Notes: generated by a model from the sequence alone, not told the origin. 64,000 nucleotides of DNA from an uncultured Acidobacteriota bacterium (GCA_963779415.1 CAVZYA010000001.1:1056001-1120000); one strand, 5' to 3'; numbered from the stretch's first letter, positions 30,101-41,378 are shown. Made by a program: numbers and translations.

Positions 30101-30723
30101 GCTCTCTCGCCCCGCGCCCGGAGCGCTTCGAGGAAGAGGTTGGCGAAATGCGCCCCGAGCTCCTCCGGCGAGGCTCCGCCGTCGGGCCGGTACCAGCGCC
30201 CGATCCAGTTGATCGCCCCGAGAATCGCGAAGGCGGTCAGCTTCGGATCCATAGGCCGGAAGAGGCCCGCGCGAATGGAAGCCGAGATCAGCTCCCGGAG
30301 GCCCCGGTCGTATCGGTCGCGTCCCGCGACGACGGCGGCGCGCGAGGCGGGGCGAAGGGCATCCAGCTCCAGCGCGAGGGCCGTCCCGTGAAACCTGTCC
30401 ACCTGGATCCGGACGTGCTCCTCGATCAGCCGCCGGAGCTTCTCGTCGGGCGGGAGATTCGAAGCACGCACCCTCTCGAGCGCCTCGAGCACACCGTCGA
30501 GGGCCACCGTGTGGCAGAGCGCGAGGATCTCCTCCTTGTCGCGGAAGTAGTAGTAGAGGCTTCCGCGCGTCAGATGCAGCGCGCGCGCGATCTCCTCCAT
30601 CGACGTGCCGTGGAATCCGCGCGATGCGAAGGCGCGGACCGCGCTCTCGAGAATCCGGAGGCGCTTGGCGTCACGCTTCTTCTGGACGTGCGCGGAAGGG
30701 CGGCGCGGAGCCGATGCCGTCAC
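30097..30723 (-). CDS. TetR/AcrR family transcriptional regulator
   Basis: ILESAVRAFASRGFHGTSMEEIA..L.LTRGSLYYYF.DKEEIL and C-terminal 'GAINWIGRWYRPDG'. Confidence 0.92.
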   Translation of the reverse strand: MTASAPRRPSAHVQKKRDAKRLRILESAVRAFASRGFHGTSMEEIARALHLTRGSLYYYFRDKEEILALCHTVALDGVLEALERVRASNLPPDEKLRRLIEEHVRIQVDRFHGTALALELDALRPASRAAVVAGRDRYDRGLRELISASIRAGLFRPMDPKLTAFAILGAINWIGRWYRPDGGASPEELGAHFANLFLEALRARGERA

Positions 30724-30730
30724 GGCATCG
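30712..30730. promoter_or_regulatory. Candidate TetR autoregulatory operator
   Basis: Perfect palindrome CGATGCCGT-C-ACGGCATCG centred on the likely GTG start of the TetR gene. Confidence 0.55.
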
Positions 30731-30762
30731 ATCCTCTCACGCCCTCGGGGGGAAGATAGAGA

Positions 30763-30839
<77 letters not shown>

Positions 30840-30890
30840 ACGAGACAGACGGACGCGGAAGATACCATCCCGGGACCGCTTCGCGCCACC

Positions 30891-32700
30891 TCAGCGGGGC
30901 GGCGGCGCGAGACACTCCTCCACGGAAGCCGGCTGGCCCCCCCTTCGCGGATCGGCGACGCCGACGAGGGTCCCGTCCTTCTCGAAACCCGCGGCGTTCA
31001 CGGCGCCGAGACGGCCCCATGTGGCCGTCGGACTCCTCTCGTGGACCTCGTGTCCCCGCGCCCGGAGCGCTTCCTTCAGCGCTTCCGGAAAGACGCCACG
31101 CTCCACCTCGATCCGATCGGGGAGGTGCTGGTGGTGGATCCGCGCCGCGGCGACGGCCTCGGAGAGGGGCATGCCGAGAGGGCCGGCGTCGAGGAAGACC
31201 TGGAGAACCGACGAAGGGATCGTCGAGCCCCCCGGTGAGCCGAGGACGAGGCGCGGCCTGCCGCTCTCGAGGACGAGGAGCGGCGTCATCGACGAGGCCG
31301 GCCGCGCGCCCGGACGGACGGCGTTCGACTCGCCCTGCACGAGACCGAAGAGATTCGGAAGCCCCGGGTGGACGGCGAAATCGTCCATCTCGTCGTTCAA
31401 AAGGACGCCGACGCCCGGCACGACGTCCCCGTTTCCGAACGTTTCGTTCAGCGTGGTGGTCAACGCCACCGTTTCACCGTCGGCCGTCGCGACGGAAAAA
31501 TGGGTGGTGCTCGTGCCGCCGTCGGAGACGCCTCCGGGCCGGATCGACGAGGAGGGCGTCGCCTTCCGCGGATCGATCGAGGCCCCGAGCGCCGCGAGGC
31601 GGGCCGGGGCGAGGAGGCGCGCGAGGGGCATGGACACGCAGTCCGGGTCCCCGAGGAACTCGTTCCGGTCCGCGAACGCACGCCGTTCGGCTTCTGCGAT
31701 GAGGTGGAGGCGCGCGTCCGGAGGAAGAGCCTCGAGATCGCCCGCCGCCACCTCGAGCTGCGAGAGGATCGACTGGAGGAGGACGCCTCCCGCGGAGGGA
31801 GGCGGCATCGTGACGAGCCTCCAGCGCCGATAGTCGACGACGATCGGCGGGCGGAAAAGCGGCACGTAACCCGCGAGGTCCTCTTCCGAAAGGACACCGC
31901 CCGTCGCACGGACGCGGGCGGCGATTCGCCCGGCGATCGTCCCGCGGTGGAAGGCGTCCGGACCGCTTGCGGCGATCGCCGCGAGGGTCTCGGCCAGCTC
32001 GGGCTGCACGAGGCGCGCTCCGGCCGGAACCGGGGCGCCTCCCGGATAGAAGATCCGGCGCGTCCCGGGATGGGACGAGATCCGCGCGGCCTGCTGCGCG
32101 AGGTCCTCCGTCAGCCACTCCGGAACCGTGAAGCCGTCGCGGGCGAGCGCGACGGCCGGCTCGACGAGGCGGCGCCAGGGAAGGCGCCCCAGCTTCTCGT
32201 GAAGAAGGGCGAGGCCACGGACCGTCCCGGGCGTCGCGACCGAAAGGCCCCCCTCGAGAGACGCGTTTCCCCGCGGCGATCCGTCGGGGAGAAGATAGCT
32301 CCGCGCCCACGTCCCCGCCGGCGCCGTCTCGCGGAAGTCGAGCGCCCAGAGGAGTCCGTCCGCCGTCCGAATGACGGCGAAGCCTCCGCCGGCCAGGTTG
32401 CCCGCTTCCGGGTAGGTCACCGCGAGTGCGAACGCCGTGGCGACGGCGGCATCGACGGCGTTCCCGCCGTCGGCGAGGACCGCCGCCCCGACACGCGACG
32501 CGTTCCTCTCCGCGGATGAGACGACTCCACGCCTCGACGAGACGGTCGGTGCCGGGCCGAATGGCTCGCGAGGCACCTCAGGCGGGGTCCCGGCTGCAGG
32601 AGAGGGTCGCGGCATCGCGAGGGCGAAAGCCGCGGCCGAGAGGACCCCGACGGCAATCCGCGAGGTGCGCCGCCCCGGGAGAAATTCCGGCCGCACGGCG
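30891..32700 (-). CDS. ggt: Gamma-glutamyltransferase (start uncertain)
   Basis: GGNAVDAAVA, DFRETAP, PPPSAGG, nucleophile TTHFSV, LNDEMDDF, RPASSMTP, GSPGG and DPRR, with a signal-like segment upstream. Confidence 0.92.
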
Positions 32701-32709
32701 CGCCCCGAC

Positions 32710-35496
32710 CTACTCGAGCGCCATCGAGAGATTCTGATCGCCGCCGGTCGCGAGAATGATCGAGCGGCGGACGCCCTCCGCCAGATCGACCCGGAGGCTT
32801 CCGTAGCCTCGCCATGTTCCATCGGCGGAGAAGACCCACGCGCGCAACTCTCCGGTCCCGGTCGGAAGCTCGACGTCCGCCTCGAGGAGCCCGCCGGACC
32901 GGCCGCCGAAACCGAAGCTCCGGCGGAGGACCTCCGCTCCGTTCATCCGGACGAAGAGAGTCCCGGATCCGACGGAACTTCGCAGGATCACGTGCAGCGG
33001 AGGCCCCGCACCCGATTCGGGCGCCGAGGCCACGGTCTCGGGCACGGGGGCGACCGGCGGCCGCTCGACCCGGAGTGCCTTCAGCCGCGCCTCGGCCTTC
33101 CGCCGCTCCGCTCGAGGAAGCCGGCGGATCGCTTCGATCGCCGTACGCTGAAGACCAACGGCTTCCGGATCTCCCGGATCGAGCGACAGCACGGTCTCCG
33201 CTTCCGCCGCGACTCTCGGAAGGTCTCCCGCCGTCTGCGCGTCCTTCGCCGCGGCGAGGTGCTGCGCGACCTCGGCGGCCACGCGCTCGCGCCCGGCCTT
33301 CCTTGTGAGGAGGCGATCCACTCGGAGGATCGCTTCCTTCGCCGAGCTCGACTCCGGAGCCACGCGCGCCAGCTCGAGGAACGACTTCTTGGCTTCCTCC
33401 AGCTTCCCGTCCGAAAGAAGCCGGTTTCCTTCCTCGAGGAGGTGCCTCTTCTGCGAAACGGCCGCTTCTGCCGCGGCCACCTCGCGCTCACCCGTCGGGA
33501 CGATCTGCCGGCTCCTCGCAAAGAGAACGCCGACGATGACGACCGCCGGCACGAGGAGAACGCCGACGATCGCCCCCGCCCAGCGCCGGTTGACCTCGCG
33601 GCGAAGGACGCCGGCTAGAGCCTCCCGCCCGGTGGTGGGTTCGGCCGCGCCCTCGAGCCGCGGCGCTCCGTTGCGAGGCGGCGCCGGTGCGGACGCCGCT
33701 CGCGGCGCTTCGGGCTTCGAGAGAGCCGGCTTTTCCTTCAACGAGGCCGTCGCGCCCTCCAGCCGTATCGGTGCCGATCTCTCCCTGACCGGCGCCGGCG
33801 GGGGAAGCGGGGCGGGGGTTCCGAAGGTCGTCTCTTCCGGCGGCGGCCATGCCAATCGCGGCGACGCGGTCGCGGGCGGCGAGACGGCAGGGGGCGCGGA
33901 GGTCCGTGTCGGGGAGAGGGGCTTGCCGATCGGGGGCACCGGGGAAAGCCGGCTCGATCCCGTCGCCTCCGGGGGAAGGGCGGGGGGGCGCGGTCCCGGA
34001 CCGGCTCCGTCGGGAAGAGCCGGCGGCGTCACGGAAGTGCCTCGCCGGACCGGGATCTCCGACTCGCCGGCCTTCGGCAGCGTGGAGGTATCGAGCGCCG
34101 GAACGGGCCGAAGAGAGGTCCGCGGAGTCTCCGTCGGTCGGGGCGTCTCCTTCTCCTCAGCCTTCGGCCCGGCGATCACCGGCCTCGCCGTGGAGATCGG
34201 ATTCGTGCTGAGCGACGTCTCCTTCTCGGCGAGCGGCTCGTCGGGCGGGCGCTTCCTCGCTCCTCGCGGGAGATCCGTGATCATCGTCCCCGGCGAAGAG
34301 GGGATCGGCTCGCGCGCGGCCGCCTCCCGGGGCATCTCGCGAGGCAGCGGCCTCTTCACGGCGTCCGTATCGAGGCTCCAGTCGGGCGTCGATCCGTCCA
34401 GATCGCTCATGGGCGCCGAGGCGACGATCTGCGGATTCAGGTCGTCTCTCCGCCGGGCGAGCGCCTCGAGCGGCCCCGTCACGTCGGTCGGAGGCGCTGC
34501 CGCCGGGATCCGGATCGTCGTCTCGGGGGTCCGGGCTCTCACGCTCGTGGGAGGCGCCGCCGGCGTCTCGACCGGGGCCACGGGCCCGAGCCTCTCGGCC
34601 TGCGCCACCATCTCGCCGAGGTTCCGGATGAGCTGGTATTCCGCCTGCCGGGCTCCGAGCTCCGCGAGCGACTGCCCGAAGTCGGCCGCGCGCTGATAGC
34701 GCGACGCCGGATCCTTCGCGAGCGCCTTGGCGATGATCGGCTCGAAATCGCTCGGGATCCCCGGATCGATCGTCCTCAGGAGCGGATACTCCTCGTGGAC
34801 GATCTTGTAGGAGATCGACGTCACGTTGTCGCCGAGAAACGGCTTGCGCTTCGTGAGGAGCTCGTAGAGAACGACGCCGAGCGAGAAGATGTCGCTCCGC
34901 CCGTCCACTGTCTCGCCCGTCACCTGCTCGGGCGACATGTAGTTCGGGGTTCCGAGAAATTGCCCCGTTTCCGTGAGGCTCGAAGTCTCGATCTTCGCGA
35001 TCCCGAAGTCCGTGATCTTCACTGTTCCGTCGGGCGTGATGATGATGTTCGCGGGCTTGACGTCGCGGTGAACGATCCCCTTCCGGTGGGCGTAATCGAG
35101 GGCCGCCGCGACCTGGGCGATCACGTCCGCGGTCCTCTCGAAGGCGAGACGCTCCTTTTCCCGGATGATCTGCTTGAGGTTCTTCCCCTCGACGTACTCC
35201 ATGGCGATGAAGGAGGTCTCGTCCTCCTCGCCGACGTCATGGACGGTGACGATGTTCGGATGCGAAAGGGTCCCGGCCGCCTGCGCCTCCCGGAGGAACC
35301 GCTCGGTGAACTCGCGCTGCTCGATGTCGTCCTCAGCCGCGACACGGATGGTCTTCAGGGCGACGAGACGCCCGATCACGGGGTCGCGACCGAGGTAGAC
35401 GACCCCCATCGCTCCCTTGCCGAGCTCGCGCACGACCTCATAGCGGCCGAATCGCTTCGGAAGGTTCGCGGCGGACGACCCGGACTCGGCGGGCAA
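32710..35496 (-). CDS. Hanks-type Ser/Thr protein kinase, single-pass membrane
   Basis: LGKGAMG.VY, VALK, HRDVKPAN, DFG, YMSPEQ and DIFSLG, then a long Pro-rich linker, a TM helix, TPR-like helices and a small beta domain. GGAGGAGG precedes the TTG start. Confidence 0.93.
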   Translation of the reverse strand: MPAESGSSAANLPKRFGRYEVVRELGKGAMGVVYLGRDPVIGRLVALKTIRVAAEDDIEQREFTERFLREAQAAGTLSHPNIVTVHDVGEEDETSFIAMEYVEGKNLKQIIREKERLAFERTADVIAQVAAALDYAHRKGIVHRDVKPANIIITPDGTVKITDFGIAKIETSSLTETGQFLGTPNYMSPEQVTGETVDGRSDIFSLGVVLYELLTKRKPFLGDNVTSISYKIVHEEYPLLRTIDPGIPSDFEPIIAKALAKDPASRYQRAADFGQSLAELGARQAEYQLIRNLGEMVAQAERLGPVAPVETPAAPPTSVRARTPETTIRIPAAAPPTDVTGPLEALARRRDDLNPQIVASAPMSDLDGSTPDWSLDTDAVKRPLPREMPREAAAREPIPSSPGTMITDLPRGARKRPPDEPLAEKETSLSTNPISTARPVIAGPKAEEKETPRPTETPRTSLRPVPALDTSTLPKAGESEIPVRRGTSVTPPALPDGAGPGPRPPALPPEATGSSRLSPVPPIGKPLSPTRTSAPPAVSPPATASPRLAWPPPEETTFGTPAPLPPPAPVRERSAPIRLEGATASLKEKPALSKPEAPRAASAPAPPRNGAPRLEGAAEPTTGREALAGVLRREVNRRWAGAIVGVLLVPAVVIVGVLFARSRQIVPTGEREVAAAEAAVSQKRHLLEEGNRLLSDGKLEEAKKSFLELARVAPESSSAKEAILRVDRLLTRKAGRERVAAEVAQHLAAAKDAQTAGDLPRVAAEAETVLSLDPGDPEAVGLQRTAIEAIRRLPRAERRKAEARLKALRVERPPVAPVPETVASAPESGAGPPLHVILRSSVGSGTLFVRMNGAEVLRRSFGFGGRSGGLLEADVELPTGTGELRAWVFSADGTWRGYGSLRVDLAEGVRRSIILATGGDQNLSMALE

Positions 35497-35643
35497 ACGA
35501 CCTCCTCCGGACGTCGCGTCCGGATTCCTTCACGGTTCCTCCGAAAATTCTAACAGGCTCCGGCCGTCGAAAAACGTCCGATTGCTGTGCGCCTCTTCCT
35601 ATAATCGCGCTTCGCCCCGGAGCGCCATGAGAGGAAACCCCGA

Positions 35644-37735
35644 ATGAAAGTCTTCCCCGCCTCGGCCATCCACAACGTCGCCTTCGTCGGCCACAACGGC
35701 GTCGGAAAAACGACGCTCGCCTCCGCCCTCCTTCACGAGGCCGGCGCCGTCCCGCGGTTCGGCCGCGTGGAGGACGGCAGCGCCCCCACCGATTTCGACC
35801 CCGAGGAGGTCGAACGGAAGATCTCGATCGGCCTCGCGGTCGCCTCGCTCGAGTGGAAGAAGAGGAAGATCAACCTGATCGACACGCCCGGTTATGGCAT
35901 CTTCGTCTCGGAGATGGTTTGCGGGATGCGCGCCGCGGACGCCGCGATCCTCGTGGTGGACGCCGTCGCGGGGGTCCAGGTGCAGACCGAAAAGGCCTGG
36001 AAGGTGGCCGACGAGCTCGGCCTCCCCCGCCTCGTCGTCGTCAACCGGATGGACCGGGAGAACGCCGACGGAGGCCGGGTCATGGACCAGCTCCGGAACA
36101 AGTTCGGCCGCGTCTGCATCGCGGCCGAGGCGCCGATCGGCAAGGAGAAGGGGTTCCGCGGCGTCATCGACCTGATCTCGATGCAGGGCTACCTGACGGA
36201 CGAAGGCAGGGAAGACGGCCCCCGGCCCCATCCCCGCGGAGTTCGCCGCCGACGCCGCCACGCTCCACGAAGCGCTCGTCGAGATGGTGGCCGAAGGGGA
36301 CGACAAGCTGATGGAGCAGTTCTTCAGCCAGGGAAACCTGACCGAGGAGCAGATGCACCCGGCCCTCCGCGCCGCCATCCGGTCGCGCCGGATCGCGCCG
36401 GTCCTCTTCACGGCGTCCGGAAGCCACGAGACAGGCGTCGAGAAGCTCCTCGACGAGATCATCGACCTTCTCCCGACGGCCGACGGCTTCCAGGCCGTCG
36501 CGAAGGGGAAGGACGGGAAGAGCGAGGCCCTTCCGGTCGACCCCGCCGGCCCTCCCGCCGCCTATGTCTTCAAGACGATCTCCGACCCGTTCGCGGGACG
36601 GCTGACCCTCTTCCGTGTCGTCTCCGGGACCTTCCGGCCGGACACGAACTACTGGAACGGGACGCGCGAGGTGGCCGAGAGATTCGGTCCCCTCTTTTCG
36701 CCGCTCGGCAAGCAGCAGCAGTCCGTGCCCGAGGTTCCGGCGGGGGACATCGGCGGCATCGCGAAACTGAAGGAGACGCTCACCGGCGACTCCCTTTCCG
36801 GCAAGGAGAAGCCCTTCCTCTTCTCTCCGATCGAGTTCGCCGATCCGGCCATCTCGTTCGCCATCGAGCCGAAGGCGAAAGGCGACGAGGACAAGATCTC
36901 CGCCGCGATCCACAAGCTCGTGGAGGAGGACCCGTCGCTGAAGTTCTCCCGCGACGCCGACACGCACCAGTTCCTCCTCTCGGGCGCCGGTCAGCTCCAC
37001 GTCGAGATCGCCGTCTCCCGGATGAAGCGGAAGTCGGGGGTCGAGGTGATCCTCCATCCGCCGAAGGTCCCTTACCGGGAGACGGTCACCCGCTCCGCCG
37101 AAGGGCACGGCCGGCACAAGAAACAGACGGGCGGCCACGGCCAGTTCGCCGACTGCAAGATCCGGATCAAGCCGCTCGTGCGCGGCGCCGACTTCGAGTT
37201 CGACGACGATACGTTCGGCGGCTCGATCCCGCGCGGGTTCATCCCGGCGATCGAAAAGGGGATCCAGGACGTCCGCCGGCGGGGGTACCTCGCCGGCTTC
37301 CCGATGGTCGACTTCCGCGTGGAGGTCTACGACGGGCAGTACCACGACGTCGACTCCTCCGAGATGGCCTTCAAGATCGCGGGATCCCTCGCCTACAAGG
37401 ACGCGATGGAGAGGGCCCGGCCCACGATCCTCGAGCCGATCATGAAGGTCGCCATCCAGGCGCCGCAGGAGTACATGGGCGACCTGATGGGCGACCTGAC
37501 GAGCCGCCGCGGGCGTCCCGCCGGGATGGAGACCGCGGGGGACGACGCCGTGATCCGGGCCGAGGTGCCGCTCGCCGAAATGATCTCCTACGCCCCCGTC
37601 CTCCGCTCCATCACGCAGGGGCGCGGCTCCTTCACGATGGAGATGGACCACTACGAGGAGGTTCCCCGCCCCATCCAGGAGAAGCTCATCGGGGAGTACC
37701 AGAAGAGCCGCAAGGCCGAGGTCGTCGAAGAGTGA
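35644..37735 (+). CDS. Elongation factor G paralog (EF-G2/FusA2-like), frameshifted near 36210
   Basis: G1 GHNGVGKT, DTPGY, G4 NRMD, domain IV HKKQTGGHGQF, YHDVDSSEMAF and SITQGRG. It is not in an str operon. TATAAT at 35600. Confidence 0.9.
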
Positions 37736-37747
37736 CGGGAGACGGAT

Positions 37748-37773
37748 CTCCTGCATGCACATGCATGCAGGAG
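37748..37773. promoter_or_regulatory. vapBC operator palindrome
   Basis: Perfect 12-bp arms CTCCTGCATGCA-CA-TGCATGCAGGAG, abutting the -10 box TAGACT (37774-37779), which is 6 nt before the antitoxin ATG. Confidence 0.75.
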
Positions 37774-37785
37774 TAGACTCGGTTC

Positions 37786-38025
37786 ATGAGAACGACCATC
37801 GAGCTCAAGGATGAGCACCGGGCGGCGCTTCTGGCGCTTGCCGCCCGCCGGAAGAAGAAGGGGTTCTCGACCCTGATCGGCGAGGCGGTCGACGTCTATC
37901 TGAAGTCCGTCCGGGACGAAGACGCGAAGCGACGGCGGGCGCTGGCAGCCCGAGGCTCCTTCACGGACAAGGAAGCCGAGGAGCTACGAGAGCGCGTGAG
38001 GGAAATTCACGAGTCATGGCGCTGA
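37786..38025 (+). CDS. Antitoxin (RHH/VapB-like)
   Basis: 79 aa, 'MRTTIEL.D' beta-strand followed by helices; overlaps the PIN toxin gene. Confidence 0.8.
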   Translation: MRTTIELKDEHRAALLALAARRKKKGFSTLIGEAVDVYLKSVRDEDAKRRRALAARGSFTDKEAEELRERVREIHESWR

Positions 38026-38402
38026 TCGTCGCCGACAGTGATGTCCTGATCGACTACCTGAACGACGTCAATCCGAGCGCGGACCGCATCGAGACGGAGC
38101 TTCGGCGAATGAACCTGGCCACGACAGCGGTTTCGCGCTTCGAGGTCGTCGCGGGAGTCCGCGACGAGAAGCAGCGGCGCCGCGTCGAGGCCCTCCTCGA
38201 ATCCGCGGTGACTCTTCCTCTGGACGGGGCGGCAGCGGACCGGGCCGCCGGAGTCCGGAGGACGCTGGAGAAGGCGGGTCGGAAGATCGGCATGGCCGAC
38301 TGCCTGATCGCCGGCATCGTGCTTTCCGCCGACGGGACCCTCCTGACCCGGAACCGGCGCGAGTTCGACCGGGTGGCCGGCCTCCGCGTCGAGAGTCCCT
38401 GA
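38016..38402 (+). CDS. vapC: PIN-domain toxin
   Basis: Acidic PIN residues in ADSDVLID, FEV, DCLIAG and LLTRN.REF.RV.GL. Confidence 0.9.
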   Translation: MALIVADSDVLIDYLNDVNPSADRIETELRRMNLATTAVSRFEVVAGVRDEKQRRRVEALLESAVTLPLDGAAADRAAGVRRTLEKAGRKIGMADCLIAGIVLSADGTLLTRNRREFDRVAGLRVESP

Positions 38403-38408
38403 GATTCC

Positions 38409-39188
38409 TCACGCCCCGTGCACGCCCGGCTTGGATGTCGCGATGAACTCGTGGAGGAACTTCACGTCCTCCGACGACGCGGCGAGTTCCGCGAGGCCCG
38501 CGAGGAGCGCCGCGTGGTCGTGCCGGTTGCGGTGCATGAGCCGGTAGGCCTTCTGGAGCGCCTTGACCCGCTCCTCGGAGAAGCCCTTCCGTGAGAGTCC
38601 GACGCTGTTGATCTTCCACGCCTTCGTCTCGCGCTCCGAAGACGTCCAGCAGAACGGCAGGACGTCCTTGTTGATCGGCGTGAAGGCGCCGAGGAAGGCG
38701 TGGCGGCCGACCCGGAGAAACTGCTTGATCACGCAGAACCCGCCGATGATGGCGTCGTCCTCAATGACGCAGTGACCCGCGAGGGAGGCGGCGTTCGCGA
38801 AGACCGTCCGGTTCCCGATCACGCAGTCGTGCGCGATGTGCACGTACGACATGAAGAAGTTGTCGTCGCCGATGACCGTCGTCCCGTGTCCGGTCATCGT
38901 TCCGCGGTGCGCGGTCGAGAACTCCCGGAAGATGTTCCGGTTCCCGACGACGAGCGTCGTCGGCTCCCCCTTGTACTTCAGGTCCTGAGGCGGGCCGCCG
39001 AGGGCGACGTGCGCGTGGATCCGGTTCGCCTCGCCGATCGTGGCCGGCCCCTCGATCACGGCGTGGGGGCCCACGGTCGTTGCCGCGCCGATCGTGACGC
39101 CGGCGCCGAGGACCGCGTACGGGCCGATCTCGGCCTCGGCATGTACCGTCGCGCGCGGGTCGACGACGGCCGTCGGGTGAATCGGCAT
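38409..39188 (-). CDS. lpxA: UDP-N-acetylglucosamine acyltransferase
   Basis: IHPTAVVD, hexapeptide repeats, PQDLKYKGE, HRGT and HIAHDC. Confidence 0.95.
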   Translation of the reverse strand: MPIHPTAVVDPRATVHAEAEIGPYAVLGAGVTIGAATTVGPHAVIEGPATIGEANRIHAHVALGGPPQDLKYKGEPTTLVVGNRNIFREFSTAHRGTMTGHGTTVIGDDNFFMSYVHIAHDCVIGNRTVFANAASLAGHCVIEDDAIIGGFCVIKQFLRVGRHAFLGAFTPINKDVLPFCWTSSERETKAWKINSVGLSRKGFSEERVKALQKAYRLMHRNRHDHAALLAGLAELAASSEDVKFLHEFIATSKPGVHGA

Positions 39189-39670
39189 CAGCCCACCATC
39201 CCTTCGGGGAGGTCGAGCAGGCTCGACATCAGCTCGGCTTCCGCCGCGAGCCGGCCGTCCACGTGCGCCTCGCCCCGGATCTTGATGAAGGAACTCCTCG
39301 CCGTGAGGATCTCGACCGTGATCACGAGCTGGTCCCCGGGGAACACCGGCCGCCGGAACCGCGCCTTGTCGATCGCGGCGAAGTACATCGCCTTCCGCCC
39401 CTTGATCGACGGATCGGAGGCGGTGACGAGGCACCCTCCGACCTGCGCCATCGCCTCGAGGATCAGGACCCCCGGCATCACCGGATGCCCGGGGAAGTGC
39501 CCCTGGAAGAACTCTTCGTTCACCGAGACATTCTTCAGCCCGACGGCCCGCTTGCCGAGCTCGAGCGAGAGGATCCGGTCGACGAGCAGGAACGGGTAGC
39601 GGTGCGGGAGGATCCGGAGGATCGTCGCGATGTCCATGAGCCGGGCGGCTCCGCGCTTCGGTTCGCTCAT
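39188..39670 (-). CDS. fabZ: 3-hydroxyacyl-ACP dehydratase
   Basis: [11 protein letters not shown] and [21 protein letters not shown]. Confidence 0.96.
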   Translation of the reverse strand: MSEPKRGAARLMDIATILRILPHRYPFLLVDRILSLELGKRAVGLKNVSVNEEFFQGHFPGHPVMPGVLILEAMAQVGGCLVTASDPSIKGRKAMYFAAIDKARFRRPVFPGDQLVITVEILTARSSFIKIRGEAHVDGRLAAEAELMSSLLDLPEGMVG

Positions 39671-40701
39671 CGTGCTTCCTCGTCCTCCTTCTTCGCGAGC
39701 CGCGCCGCGATCTCCCGGACGGTACGGGACGTTTCCGGAAGCCGTCGCAGCTCGGACGTGACGCGCAGCGCGTCGCGGTGCCGCATGTGAGGCGTGCCGA
39801 AGACCTTCTCGCCGTCCGGGACGTCGCCATCGATGCCGGTCTGGGCACCGGCCATGACGCCGTCGCCGATCCGGAGATGGCCGGCGACCCCCACCTGCCC
39901 GCCGAGCATCACGCCGTCGCCCACCGTGGTCGACCCGGCGAGCCCGGCCTGTCCGCAGAGAATGTCGTGCCGGCCGACCCGGCAGTTGTGGCCGATCATG
40001 ACGAGATCGTCGATCTTCGTCCCCGCGCCGACGCGCGTCGCGTCCAGCGTCGCCCGGTCGATGCAGCTGTTGGCACCGATCTCGACGTCGTCCTCCACGA
40101 CGACGCCCCCGACCTGCGGCACCTTGACGAGGCCCGAAGGCCCCTTGGCGTACCCGAACCCGTCCGCCCCCAGGACGGCACCGGAGTGGATCTCGACGCG
40201 TGCCCCGAGGACCGTCCGATCGTAAAGGACGACGTGCGGGTGGAGCCAGGCGCCGTCGCCGACGACGCACGCGGCCCCGACCACCACATGCGCTTCGACG
40301 ATCGCCCCCGCGCCGATCCGGGACCCGTCACCGACGATGGCGTAGGGGCCGACCTCGGCCTCCGCGTGAATCGACGCCCCCGTGCCGATCACGGCCGACG
40401 GATGGACTCCGGGCCGTGCCGTTCGTCGCGGATGAAAGAGGCCAAGGACTGCCGCGACGGCGAACGACGGATCGTCGACCTCCACGACGGTCCGCCCGGG
40501 GAAAGCGGACGCGGATTTCGCGAGAAGAACGCCCGCGGCGGAAGCCGACGCGGCTTTCTGCGCGCGGTCATCGGTCACGAAGGCGAGATCCCCGGGACCC
40601 GCGGATTCGAGGGACGCCACGCCGCGCACCCGGTTCTCCCCGTCGCCGGACACGCGCCCGCCGGTCAGGGTCGCGATCTCGGCGACGGAGAACGTCGTCA
40701 C
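39667..40701 (-). CDS. lpxD: UDP-3-O-(3-hydroxyacyl)glucosamine N-acyltransferase
   Basis: [32 protein letters not shown] and hexapeptide repeats. Confidence 0.95.
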   Translation of the reverse strand: MTTFSVAEIATLTGGRVSGDGENRVRGVASLESAGPGDLAFVTDDRAQKAASASAAGVLLAKSASAFPGRTVVEVDDPSFAVAAVLGLFHPRRTARPGVHPSAVIGTGASIHAEAEVGPYAIVGDGSRIGAGAIVEAHVVVGAACVVGDGAWLHPHVVLYDRTVLGARVEIHSGAVLGADGFGYAKGPSGLVKVPQVGGVVVEDDVEIGANSCIDRATLDATRVGAGTKIDDLVMIGHNCRVGRHDILCGQAGLAGSTTVGDGVMLGGQVGVAGHLRIGDGVMAGAQTGIDGDVPDGEKVFGTPHMRHRDALRVTSELRRLPETSRTVREIAARLAKKEDEEAR

Positions 40702-40721
40702 GGCAGGAGGCGAAAGAGCCG

Positions 40722-41378
40722 CTAGTTCTTCTTCGGGGCCGGCGTCGGGGCCGGGGCGGCGGGCTTCAGACCCATCCCGGCGGGCGCGGCCGCCCCGGGC
40801 TTCGCCGCCGCCGCGGGCTTCGCCGCCGCCGGGACCGTGATGAGCGTGTTGAAGCGCGTGATCACGGCGTTCGTGATGTCGGCGTCCTCGGACGCATAGA
40901 GGAGACCGCTGTTGAACTTGTTGAAGACGAGGGTGTACCCCATCTCCTTCCCGACGGCGTCGATCACCGGCATGATCCGCTCCTCGAGCGACTTCAGCTC
41001 CTTGCGCTGCGCTTCCTCGAGGTCGCGCTGGGCGTCGTCCTGGAACCGCTTCAGGTCGACCGCCTTGGCCTGGTAGTCCTTCTGGAGCTTCTCCATCGCG
41101 TCCTCGGAGAGGGACTTGCCCTGCTCCTGGATCTTCTGTTCCAGGTCGTGGAGCTCCTTCTGCCGCTTCGCCAGATCCTCCTGCTTGGCCTGCTGGAGCT
41201 TCTGGACGCGGGCGAGGGCCTCCTTGCCGACCGCGGACTCCTGGATGATCCGCTGTACCTCGATGACGGCGATCTTCTGGGGCGCCGCCGGCGACGGCGA
41301 GGCCGGCGCCTGCGCGACCACCGCCACGGGGAGCGCCGCAACGGCGGCACCCGCCACGAACGTGAGAATCCGATTCAT
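40722..41378 (-). CDS. skp: OmpH/Skp periplasmic chaperone
   Basis: Signal peptide, KIAVIEV, a long coiled coil and 'LLYA...DIT..VI'; lies between bamA and lpxD. Confidence 0.9.
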   Translation of the reverse strand: MNRILTFVAGAAVAALPVAVVAQAPASPSPAAPQKIAVIEVQRIIQESAVGKEALARVQKLQQAKQEDLAKRQKELHDLEQKIQEQGKSLSEDAMEKLQKDYQAKAVDLKRFQDDAQRDLEEAQRKELKSLEERIMPVIDAVGKEMGYTLVFNKFNSGLLYASEDADITNAVITRFNTLITVPAAAKPAAAAKPGAAAPAGMGLKPAAPAPTPAPKKN

